Of a stretch of 64,000 nt of DNA, positions 51,842-61,173 are shown piece by piece. Below the pieces are notes generated by a model that saw only the letters and a program-made list of their open reading frames with translations, was not told the origin of the DNA and did not search any database. Made by a program: the position numbers and the translations under genes. This DNA is from Ostreococcus lucimarinus (taxonomy: Eukaryota): NCBI GenBank assembly GCA_000092065.1, contig CP000592.1; one strand, given 5' to 3'. Each line of letters starts with the position of its first letter. Position 1 is the first letter of the stretch.

Positions 51842-51894
51842 AAGTGCCCGACGCGCTATCTCTGAAACATTCAAATCGTCACTTTTCGTCGCGG

Positions 51895-53139
51895 ATGCCG
51901 CGCTTCGTCGCCCTCGCGCTCGCGCTGTCCATCGTCGCGCGCTCGAGCGCCGCGCGCGTCGACGCGTCGATCGACTCGCGCGCGCTTCGCGACGCCGGCG
52001 CGCTGCTCGACGTCCCGAGCGACGACGCCGCGTGGTACGCCGCGGCGTCCTGGGACGACAATCACTACGCGCGCGCGCTCGGGACGTCGACCGGACGCGC
52101 GACGACGGTGACGACGACCGCGGAACTGCTCGCGGCGCTTCGCGATCCGCTCGTGGAGTTCGTCGAGGTGAACGCGACGACGCTGACGCTCGACGAGGAC
52201 GCGTGGCCGCGGCGCGGCGTCGCGGTGCGAAGACGCGCGACGCTGCGAGGCGCGTGCGACGGACGGTGCGTCGTCGACGCGAACGGGACGAGCGTGGCGA
52301 GCGTCGTCGACGGTGGGAGTCTCACAGTGGAGAGATTGGCGTTCGAGGGCGCGCGAGGGGATTTCGGGGGGGCGTTTTACTTTGGACGCGCGCACGGGGG
52401 AGGATCGTTCGACGACGCGGCGTTCGAGGGGTGCGAGGCGAGGGAGGGAGGGGCGGTGTTCGTCGCGAGCGACGCGAGGGCGGGGAACGTGGTGTTTCGG
52501 AACGTGACGTTTGAATCGTGCGGGGCGACGGCGACGAATGGGCGAGGGGGGGGGGCGTTCGTCGCGGCGTCGGGGCCGGCGTACGTGGCGTTTGAATCGT
52601 GCGCGTTCGAGGGGAACGTCGCGAATGGGCTGGGGGGGGGGGTGTACGCCGACGGTGGGCACGTCGTGATCAATGAGTGCGAGTTTAAGACGAACGCGGC
52701 GGCGAGCGGCGGCGGCGCCGCGCTTCGAGGCGGCGGCGTGGTGTCGTCGAGCGCGTTCGACGGGAACGACGCGACGCGCGCGGGCGGGGGGGTGCACGTC
52801 GCGTCTCCGTCCGACGTCGTCGTCGGGCATCGCGCGAGCTCGGTGCAGAGGAGCGCGTTCACGAATAACACCGCCGCCGTCGCCGGCGCGGGGGCGTTCG
52901 CGTACGGGCGCGTGAAGATGCTCGCCAATACGTTTTCGCGAAACGCGCTCCCGGCGAGCGCGCCGAGCGCGCTCGATCCGAATTACTACGTGTGCACGGA
53001 CACCTCCGACGCGGGGTGCTCGATGAAGCCGACGTTGGCGGACGACGTGTACGATCCAGCGGCGTACGATCCCTTCACGCCGCAAACCTCGTTCGCGACG
53101 GTGCCGGAGACGACGACGACGACGACGACGTACGCGTGA
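51895..53139 (+). CDS. Secreted parallel beta-helix repeat protein with Chlamydia polymorphic-membrane-protein-like GGA(F/V/L) and FxxN repeats.
   Basis: Signal peptide MPRFVALALALSIVARSSA. Repeated units such as GGAFYFGRA, GGAVFVASDARAGNVVFRNVTFESC and GGGAFVAASGPAYVAFESCAFEGNVANGLGGGVYADGG. A C-terminal poly-Thr tail. Confidence 0.6.
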   Translation: MPRFVALALALSIVARSSAARVDASIDSRALRDAGALLDVPSDDAAWYAAASWDDNHYARALGTSTGRATTVTTTAELLAALRDPLVEFVEVNATTLTLDEDAWPRRGVAVRRRATLRGACDGRCVVDANGTSVASVVDGGSLTVERLAFEGARGDFGGAFYFGRAHGGGSFDDAAFEGCEAREGGAVFVASDARAGNVVFRNVTFESCGATATNGRGGGAFVAASGPAYVAFESCAFEGNVANGLGGGVYADGGHVVINECEFKTNAAASGGGAALRGGGVVSSSAFDGNDATRAGGGVHVASPSDVVVGHRASSVQRSAFTNNTAAVAGAGAFAYGRVKMLANTFSRNALPASAPSALDPNYYVCTDTSDAGCSMKPTLADDVYDPAAYDPFTPQTSFATVPETTTTTTTYA

Positions 53140-53254
53140 CGACGAACGGAGGCGCCGCGAATTGGGATATTACAACTGCGTTTAAAAGTATAGCGTATAG
53201 TAGTCTAGTGATACAGCGTATTGTTGCGATAATAATGTACAGAAAGAAAGAAAG

Positions 53255-55723
53255 TCACGCCAAAGGCGCGCACGATTCGAGAATCGCCAGCCACTCGTGT
53301 TTGGAAATTTTCCCGTCGCCGTCGACGTCGAAGAGACGAATCATGCTGTCCGCCTCTTGCCTGCTCGACGCACTTTCGGTGAACTTTTCGAGCGCCACGC
53401 GCACGTCGTCGGCGACGAGCGCGCCGTCGCCGTCGGTGTCCATGTCTTCGAACGAAATCGTCTCGTTCAGTTGCCCCCAACGCCATCGACACAGATGACG
53501 CATGATGAGAATCTTGAACGGGACGCCGTCCGCGCTGAACGTGGCGCTCGACATGGATCCTGTTTCGACGCCCAAACTCGCCGCCAAGCGTTCGCCGACC
53601 TCTTCGAATGCGGGAATACCGTCTGCGCCGTCGAGCAAACCGGCCCAGGTGACGACGCGATACGTGCGTTCGCGCTCGAGCGGCTCGCCGCGAATCGTAA
53701 TGTTCAAGTTGTCGAAACCCGAACCCGCGTCTGTGGGAATTTCCACGGCGACGTCGTTGTCCCACAACAAATATCCGCCCCACGAGCAAGTTTCCGTCTT
53801 TTGCTCCTCGCTGAACGACAACGCGCGATGAATGTCGTCGCCGCTCATCTCAAGCGTGATGATGTTGTTTTCAAACGGCACCTCGGCGACAAAGTCGCCG
53901 TACGTCAACGGCGCGTCGTACACCTTGTTCGCGCGCACGCCGCCTGAGTTGTACAGGCACAAGTCCACGCAACACTCGTCGCGTAGAATCGTGGCAAAAA
54001 GTGTTCCGAGGGTGGTTTGCTGCTGTCGCACGTCGAAACTCGACAGCGGCAACAAACCGAGTCGTTCGGCGTGTTCGTGCAACGGCAAGACGTACTCGTG
54101 CAAGTCTCTCAACACCTCCGAGCGTTCCCAGATGTCGCGATCGATCTCGGCGCAGCGCTCGTAGCCGTAGAGAGAGTGAAGTGTCGCGGTGATGTGAACG
54201 TTCCCACGACGCGCGCGCACCGTGCTCTCCGGTCCCGACTTCACGTCCCAGCCCGGGCCGCGCGACGTCTCAAACGCCGCGCCGGCGACGACCTCCTCTA
54301 TGAATTCTTCGCCGAATTCATTCACTCGCGAAGCTTCCATCGTGCGACGCGTGTTCGTCGTAGATGCCGCTAGTGTTTGCGTGACTGCGTCATCGTTTTC
54401 GTCGTACGATGTCGTCCCTCCCGGGGCGCCTACGCGAATCGCGCGAGGCACGCTCGCCGCGCCTCGTCGTCCGCTCGACGGCGAGCTCCCCGAAGCCTCT
54501 TCAACGTCGTCTTCCCCGTTCGGCGCCAGCTCCAAGGTGACCATGACGACGTTTTCGCTATCCATCCCCGCTTTCAAGCACAAGACGTCCGTCCCGTCGA
54601 TGGCGCCGTGAAACGGATGGTGCTCGTGGCCGCCTAAAATCAACCCGAGATTCGGCACTTCGCGCGCCAGCGTCTCGTCTTCGCACAGCGTCTGGTGCGT
54701 CAGCGCGATCGTCAAATCCACCGCGTCCTTCGGCGTTTTCGGGTTGTCGAAATCGTGCACGATATCGCGAACGATCGGGACGACGTCGTTGAAAATCACC
54801 CCTCGCGGCTTCACCGCGCTCGACAACGGCGTCGACGTCGTGCACACGCCGAGCAGACCGATGCGCAAACCGCCCAACTCCAAAACTTCCGTCGACGGCA
54901 AATCGTCCACGAACGCCCCCACGCGATTACCGTTCTCGTCCAGCCCGTGCATATCGTCCGTACTGACGATGTTTGAATTCAAAACCGTCGCCTCGAGCTC
55001 GCTCAGCCGCTGTCCCAAAATCATCGTCGAGTGGTCAAACTCGTGATTTCCCAAACACGCGTGCGTCACCGGCACCGCGTTCATCACCGAAACCGCGGCG
55101 GCACCGAGATCGTACGACGACAACAGCGACGGCGACAGGAAATCACCGTTCAAAGTGCAAATGAACGGATCGCGGTACTGATTCGTGTTGTCGCGCACGA
55201 ACGCGCTCAGGCGGCTTAAATTTTCCAGCTCGTACACGTCGTTCACGCTGAAAATCTTCAGCATCTTCGGCCCCGAGCCGCTCTGTTTTTGTTCCCACGT
55301 TCGAATTCCATTCGCGTCGCCCTCCCCCGAGCCGTCCTCGCTCGACGCCGACGCCCGCGCGCCCGTCGCCGCGCGTCGTCCATTTAAAATTCGCCCGCGC
55401 GCCGTCCCCCCGTCTCGTCGTCTCCACCGCGTCCCAGCGCGCGCGCGTCGCGACGACGATCGTCGCGCGATATCGCACGCGACGCACCGACGCGACGTTT
55501 CGGCCGTCGGCATCGCGAACCGCGTCGCGCGCGACGAAAGATCGACGCGTCGCGAGCTATCTCTTCGCGCGTCCGCGTCCGCGTTCGACGCGTTCGCGAC
55601 GCCTCGAGCGCGCGGATTCGCGTTTCGGGCGTTCGCGCGGCTCGAGGGCGCGTCGCGCGCGTCGCGGGCGCGCCGCGGGCGGCGGCGGGCGGCGCGGTCG
55701 AGCGCGCGCGTGTGCCGAGGCAA
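53255..55723 (-). CDS. Calcineurin-like metallophosphoesterase (5'-nucleotidase / UshA-type) fused to a C-terminal EF-hand pair.
   Basis: N-terminal phosphoesterase motifs SVNDVYEL (DxH-like), GDF, GNHEFD and LGGHEHH. A 5'-NT C-terminal-like domain follows. Two EF-hands: DMDTDGDGALVADD and DVDGDGKISKHEW. The start is uncertain because the N-terminus is Arg-rich. Confidence 0.65.
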   Translation of the reverse strand: MPRHTRALDRAARRRPRRARDARDAPSSRANARNANPRARGVANASNADADARRDSSRRVDLSSRATRFAMPTAETSRRCVACDIARRSSSRRARAGTRWRRRDGGTARGRILNGRRAATGARASASSEDGSGEGDANGIRTWEQKQSGSGPKMLKIFSVNDVYELENLSRLSAFVRDNTNQYRDPFICTLNGDFLSPSLLSSYDLGAAAVSVMNAVPVTHACLGNHEFDHSTMILGQRLSELEATVLNSNIVSTDDMHGLDENGNRVGAFVDDLPSTEVLELGGLRIGLLGVCTTSTPLSSAVKPRGVIFNDVVPIVRDIVHDFDNPKTPKDAVDLTIALTHQTLCEDETLAREVPNLGLILGGHEHHPFHGAIDGTDVLCLKAGMDSENVVMVTLELAPNGEDDVEEASGSSPSSGRRGAASVPRAIRVGAPGGTTSYDENDDAVTQTLAASTTNTRRTMEASRVNEFGEEFIEEVVAGAAFETSRGPGWDVKSGPESTVRARRGNVHITATLHSLYGYERCAEIDRDIWERSEVLRDLHEYVLPLHEHAERLGLLPLSSFDVRQQQTTLGTLFATILRDECCVDLCLYNSGGVRANKVYDAPLTYGDFVAEVPFENNIITLEMSGDDIHRALSFSEEQKTETCSWGGYLLWDNDVAVEIPTDAGSGFDNLNITIRGEPLERERTYRVVTWAGLLDGADGIPAFEEVGERLAASLGVETGSMSSATFSADGVPFKILIMRHLCRWRWGQLNETISFEDMDTDGDGALVADDVRVALEKFTESASSRQEADSMIRLFDVDGDGKISKHEWLAILESCAPLA

Positions 55724-56473
55724 CGGGCGCGCGGCACCTCGGATCGAATCGGCGGGTGCGTGTGGGTAAACAGTGCGACGTGGATATTTTCTGACGTCCG
55801 TGTGTTAATTTTGGTCGGTCGCCGGGGGGGGTCTCACGGTTTTCGTGTTGAGTTTTTCGTTTTTCGCCGATCGGCGATCTCGAGCGCGCGCGCGGTGGGG
55901 GGGGGTGGAAAAGGGAACGAAAGGAAAAAAGGGCGATGCATTCACGTACATCGAGGTTTTTAAGCGCCTAATCGCGAGCGGCGATGCGATGACGCGATAA
56001 TTGAGGGGTGCATTTTGTGAATGTATAGGTTTTCGACTCTTAAAGTACCGACACGGCGTCAAAAGTACCCGTAACGTTCGCGCCGTGACCCCGCGTGGTG
56101 CGCGGCTAAAGGGTCGTGCGTCACGTGGTGTTATCAAGCGACCACACCCGCGGAAAATCACAGAAACCCATCGGAACTTCTCAGTTAAGACCGCGTGGGC
56201 CGGATAAGTACCGATGTCGGAAGACGTCAGGAACCCCCGGTATCGCTTGGTTTCTTTATGCTTTTCGCGCCGACGGCGAGAACTTTTCGTTCTCCAGCTT
56301 TTCCCAACTTTTCGTCGACATCGGACGCGATTTAAGCGCCCGAACGGTGGACTTTGCACATTTGACGCGCTTCGCGTCGACGGCGCTCGACGGTTCGCGA
56401 ACGATTTCAAGCGTCAACCTTCGATGCGTGCCGCGGCATACATTTACATACATTTACATAACATTACACGTTT

Positions 56474-57561
56474 TCACGCGATCGGCGACGCGAGCGACGC
56501 CGTCGCGGCGGCGAGGTCGCGAAGATCGACGACGCGAGCGCGCTCGAGGACGTCGACGCGTTCGGCGAGCGCGGCGGCGAGCGCTTCCGCCTCGGCGCGG
56601 TGAGCCCTCGCGCGCGCGAGCGCCGTGTGGGTGTTCTCTGCTTCGCCCCGACCGACGTCGCACGACGACAAATCTAAAATCTCGCGCGCCATCTCGCGTC
56701 TACCGCGACATAAATCCAAAATCTTGGCGTGCGTCGCGACTCGGCTCTCCTGTTCCTCACTCAGTCGCTCTCGAAGTTCACCCACGTCGACGCTTTGCGG
56801 CGACGCCATCTTCGACGGCGGCGATTTCATCGTCGGCGACGGCGTCGAGTGCCGTCTCGCCGACGCGCGTTCGAGCGCGCGCTCGACGTCGTCGCTCGTC
56901 GCCGCCAGTCGCGCGTTCAAGCTCGACACCCGACGCTCTAAATCGCGCACCGTCGCCTCGTACTCCATCTCCCGCGTCCTCCACTCCTTCGCGAACTCGC
57001 GACGCGCGCGCTCTAAGTCCGCCACCGCCACGCTCGCCACCGCTCGCGCCTCGGCGACGTCGTACGCGCGCGCGTCCGCCTCGGCGCGATTCGTCCCCGC
57101 CGTCCTCGCCTCCCTGAGCTCCCTTCGCAGCGACTCCACGTCTCCCGCCCCACGCGTCCTCGTCTCATCCAACGCTCGCTCGGCGTCCCTCGCGCGCCGC
57201 TCCGCGTCGAGCCGCGCCTCGCGCTCGCGCTCGAGCGCGTCCGACGCGTCGCGCGTCGCTCGCCTCGCCGCCGCCGCGTCCTCTTCCCCTCGCGTCCGTC
57301 GACGCTCGCTCTCGCGCAGCGCGTCGCACGTCTGCCGCAGTTTTTCAGTCAGCGACCGCGTCGTCGACGCCAGCAGCGCGCCGACGTCGTCGTCGTCGTC
57401 CTCGTCGTCCTCGTCGTCGTCGTCGCCGAAATCATCGCCCTCGCGTCCCGACGCGCGCGCGCCGTCGACGCGCCGTCGCGCGCCGTCGACGCGCGCGCGA
57501 TCGTCGTCGCCGTCGCCGTCGTCCTCCAGCTCGCCGCGCGCGGACGCGAACGAGTCGTCCA
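56474..57561 (-). CDS. Hypothetical acidic coiled-coil protein; the start is probably the internal Met (MDDSFASARGE...).
   Basis: Long heptad-like ER/A-rich segments, a poly-D/E block and a Ser/Pro-rich linker. The ORF's upstream extension overlaps NDUFS5 exon 1 antisense and is probably not coding. Confidence 0.35.
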
Positions 57562-57626
57562 TCGCGTCGCGCGATGGCGACGCGAACCGCGCCGCTCGGC
57601 ACACGCGCGCGCGCGACGCGCCGGCG

Positions 57627-57767
57627 ATGGCGAGCGGATTCGGCGCGCGCGGGAGCGAGGGGCGATGCGCGCCGGTCTGGCGCGAGTTCACCAAGGTGCG
57701 CGCGCGCGCGAGGCGCGCGCGAGGGCGCGCGGACGCGCGACGAGCCCTAAACGATCGACGCGAACGA

Positions 57768-57810
<43 letters not shown>

Positions 57811-58086
57811 CGAACGCGCGAGCGCGAATCGAACGACGAGAGACTGACGAACGACGACGACGCGCAGTGCGTGAACGAGGCGGACGATCGAAGCGCGTGC
57901 TTTAAGTTTCGCGAGGATTACGTGGAGTGCTTGCACCACAAGAAGGAGTATCGACGCGAGAACGAGATCGAGAACGAACGGCAGAGAAGGAACGAGGAGC
58001 ACGCGAACGCGAAGAAGGAGGCGTTGTTGAAGGAGATGCGGACGTTTAGTTGGGTGACGGATGAGAAGTACGCGCCGAAGAAGTAG
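57627..58086 (+). CDS. NDUFS5: Complex I subunit NDUFS5-like (15 kDa, twin Cx9C / CHCH), two exons.
   Basis: Exon 1 is 57627..57695: MASGFGARGSEGRCAPVWREFTK. Compare plant MASGWG..GRCYDFWMDFSEC. Intron 57696..57867 runs GTGCGC...(GAC)n...aGACTGAC...CAG. Exon 2 is 57868..58086 and contains CVNEADDRSACFKFREDYVECLHHKKEY; compare plant C..DCTLLREDYLECLHHSKEF. Joining the exons restores the Cx9C pairs. Confidence 0.75.
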
Positions 58087-58234
58087 CGACGACGTCGAAG
58101 CGGCGAACGAGCGGGCGCGCGTAGTGTATTCTCATGAAATGATATCTGTATAGTCTAATGTGCGCGCTGCCGATCGCTATTCGCTAAAAGAAATGCTATG
58201 TCGCTATGTTTTGTGTGTTCTCGTCTAACGCGCG

Positions 58235-59503
58235 CTACTGACGCTTCGCGCGCTTGGCGTCGTGTCTCGCGGGCTTCGCCTCGTCGTCGGGCGGTTTGTC
58301 GCCCTCGTGCGTGATCTTACGGTGTGGATACACGATTCTGTGCTCGCCAGCGGCGAGTTCGTAATCAAATATGTTCCTCGTCGGCTCCGGTTCGGTCTTG
58401 GCGAAGTAATCCATGGCCGTGAGCGCCTCGAACGCCGTCGGACGTCGCTCGGGGTCGTACGCGCAGAGCTCGTCGAAGACGGCGGCGAGTTCGGGATCGC
58501 TCCGCATCGGCGAGCTTTCGTCCGCGGGAACGCCCTCGGGGTGCTCGGGCGGATAAAAGAACTTCTTCGCGCGTTCGTAATACGGATGTTCCCTGAGCAA
58601 AGGCCACGTCTCTTCGCTCGGCGTGCCTTTGCATCTCACGATGGCTTCGATTTGCTCCTCTTGGTACATCGTTCTCGGGTCCTCCTTACCCTTCGGCACG
58701 CCCTTGAACGGCACGACGAGCGTGCAGAGTTCGGCGAAAATGCACCCAGCGGCCCAAATGTCGACCGCACGCGTGTAATGTCGCGCCCCGAGCAACAGCT
58801 CGGGCGCGCGATACCACAAAGTCACCACTGGTCCGTTTTCGTGCAACGGCTTGAGCAAAGTCCCCGGGTCCACGAACCGCGCCAAACCGAAATCGGCAAT
58901 CTTCACCACCCCGCACTCGCTCCCATCGCCCATCACGAGCACGTTTTGCGGCTTTATGTCCCTGTGCATGATCCAATTCGAGTGCAAATAATGCAATCCG
59001 TGCAACAACTGCCACGTCGCGCTCTTCACCATCCGTCTCGACACCAACCGTCGATGCCTTCGATGCCACGTCAATATCACCCCCAAATCGTACTCCGCGT
59101 AATCTATCGCCAACGACAGCGACCGTTCCTCCTTATTCACGATCACCCGGTGCAAGTGCACGATGTTTTCGTGCTTCATCGCTCGCAGCGTCGTCACCTC
59201 GCGAAACGTCGGCGTCGGCAGTCCCACGACTTGATCCCTCGCGATCGCCCCCGTCTTCGCGTCCCGTCGCACGGGCGGCGTCTTGAACGTCTTAATCGCG
59301 TACACTCGACCTGCATCAAGCGCGCGCGCGCGCGTCCCGTCAGTCCTCGCGCCCTCGTCGCGTCCTCGCGCGCCCTCGTCGTTCGATCGCGTCGCGAATC
59401 ATCCGTCGCGCCGCGCCTCGCGCGCACCCGCCGTCGTCCGCGCGTACATCACGCGTCCGAACGCGCCCTCCCCGATCTGTCCCACGATCTCGCCGTCGTC
59501 CAT
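58235..59503 (-). CDS. CDK8: Cyclin-dependent kinase 8-like (Mediator kinase module CDK8/CDKE), two exons.
   Basis: Exon 1 is 59503..~59428: MDDGEIVGQIGEGAFGRVMYARTTAG (Gly loop). The intron is about 117 nt: GTGCGC...gGACTGAC...CAG. Exon 2 is ~59310..58235: ...YAIKTFK..., PTPTFREVTTLRAMKHENIV (compare SACREIALLREL), HRDIKPQN, KIADFGLAR and WYRAPELLLGARHYT. The ORF track starts exon 2 at a GTG codon. Confidence 0.75.
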
Positions 59504-59678
59504 CGCCGCGCGCGCGCGCGCGCCGCGCGTCGACGTCGAGTGCCGCGCGTCGATCGAATCCGCACTCGGCGTCGCGCGGCGTCCGTCGCGTCGTCTCGCG
59601 CGCGTCGTCGACGGCGTCTCGACGCGCGCGATCGCGGCGCGCCGATCCGACGCGTCGACGCGCGATCGCGAGCGCGCG

Positions 59679-60670
59679 ATGAGCGACGCGGAGGACGAAG
59701 ATCTCACCGCGATCGTCGAGGCGGGCGAGGACGCGGTCGACCGGAGCGTGCACCCGAGCGGGATCGTGCCGGTGCTGCAGTGCGTGTCGAGCGAGGCGAA
59801 AACCCGCGCGCACTCGCGCGCGGCGCTCGACGCGCGGAAGAGCGCGGCGTCGGGGAGGCGCGGCGAGGGAATTCATTCGGCGCGGAATTCAATTGGCGCG
59901 ACGCATTCGGCGCGCGCGGGAAGCGGCGCGGACGAAGGCGAAGCGAGCGTCGCGAGGGCGATGGACTGACGACGCGATGCGCGCGCGTAGGAATATCGTG
60001 GCGACGGTGAACCTGGACTGTAAGCTGGATCTGAAGACGATCGCGTTTCACGCGAGAAACGTCGAGTATAATCCAAAGGTGCGGCAACCCTAAGGCGACG
60101 CGGCGAGAGACGCGCGAAACGCGCGCGATGGGTGCGACGATGACTGACGACGAACGACGGTGGTTTGAATGCGCGTAGCGATTCGCGGCGGCGATCATGC
60201 GGATTCGTAATCCGAAGACGACGGCGTTGATTTTCAGCTCGGGCAAGATGGTGTGCACGGGCGCGAAGACGGAGGCGTTGGCGCGCGAGGCGGCGCGAAA
60301 ATACGCCAAGGTCATCATCAAGCTCGGATTTCCCGCGCAATTCAAAGACTTTAAGATTCAAAACATGGTCGGTTCGTGCGACGTGCAGTTTCCGATTCGA
60401 TTGGAAGGCTTGGCTTGGCAGCACGGCCACTTCGCGCAGTACGAGCCCGAACTCTTTCCGGGTTTGATTTACCGCATGCAAATGCCCAAGATTGTGCTCT
60501 TAATCTTCGTGTCGGGGAAGATTGTGTTGACCGGCGGCAAGCGTCGCGAGGATATATACCAGGCGTTCGAGAATATATACCCCGTGCTCACAGAGTTTAA
60601 AAAGCTCGCGCAGCCGGACGAAGCCGCCGCGGCGCCCAAGGCGCTCCCGGCGGCCAAGGGGAAAAAATAG
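59679..60670 (+). CDS. TBP: TATA-box-binding protein (TBP), three exons.
   Basis: Exons are 59679..59779 (...SGIVPVLQ), 59991..60078 ([29 protein letters not shown]) and 60179..60670 ([32 protein letters not shown]...second repeat). Both introns begin GTGCG(T/G) and carry GACTGACGACG 19-29 nt before (C/T)AG. The frames check against three ORF-track entries. Confidence 0.85.
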
Positions 60671-61173
60671 AGCGATCAGCACCAAATAGAAACACACACA
60701 CAGAGGGGAGAGAGAAAGAGGGAAACGCAGCGCGCGCGCGCGGAGACGGAGACAGAGGAGAGGAGAAGAGAGAGAAGAGAAGAGAAGAGACGGAGGAGAA
60801 TTTCAAACCAAAAGTAGTAGAGCTAGCCGACGCGCGTCGCATCTCGAGACCACCGCGCGCGCGTGTCGCGGTCCGGGCGTTCGTCCCACCGCGCGCCCGC
60901 GCGTTTCTCGAGTCGCGCACGCCGATACAACATTCGCCTCATCGCGACGACGAGAGCTCGTCCGCGCGTGTAATCGCGAACCAACGTCAAAACCATCAAT
61001 CATCACACGTCGTACGAGCATTCAGTGACACGACACTTATAAATCACCATCAAAAACCCGCGGAATACGACGATCGAGGTCGAGATCCGCTCGTATCCGC
61101 CCACCGTTCGGATCGCGGGCGCGACGCGATCGACACTCGGCGACGACGCGCGCGACACACCGCGCCGCACACG

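Noticed and set aside
55740-56470. Possibility of a tRNA or other structured RNA in the long spacer.
   Set aside because: I could not find a convincing cloverleaf (acceptor stem, T-loop GTTC) by eye. The region is kept only as a finding for computational scanning.
56625-57905. 426-aa plus-strand Ser/Ala/Arg-rich ORF.
   Set aside because: It is the antisense of the coiled-coil gene. Only its short in-frame segment 57627..57695 is real coding sequence, as NDUFS5 exon 1.
58262-60010. 582-aa plus-strand ORF spanning the CDK8 locus.
   Set aside because: It is the antisense of the conserved CDK8-like kinase, with Arg/His-rich low complexity.
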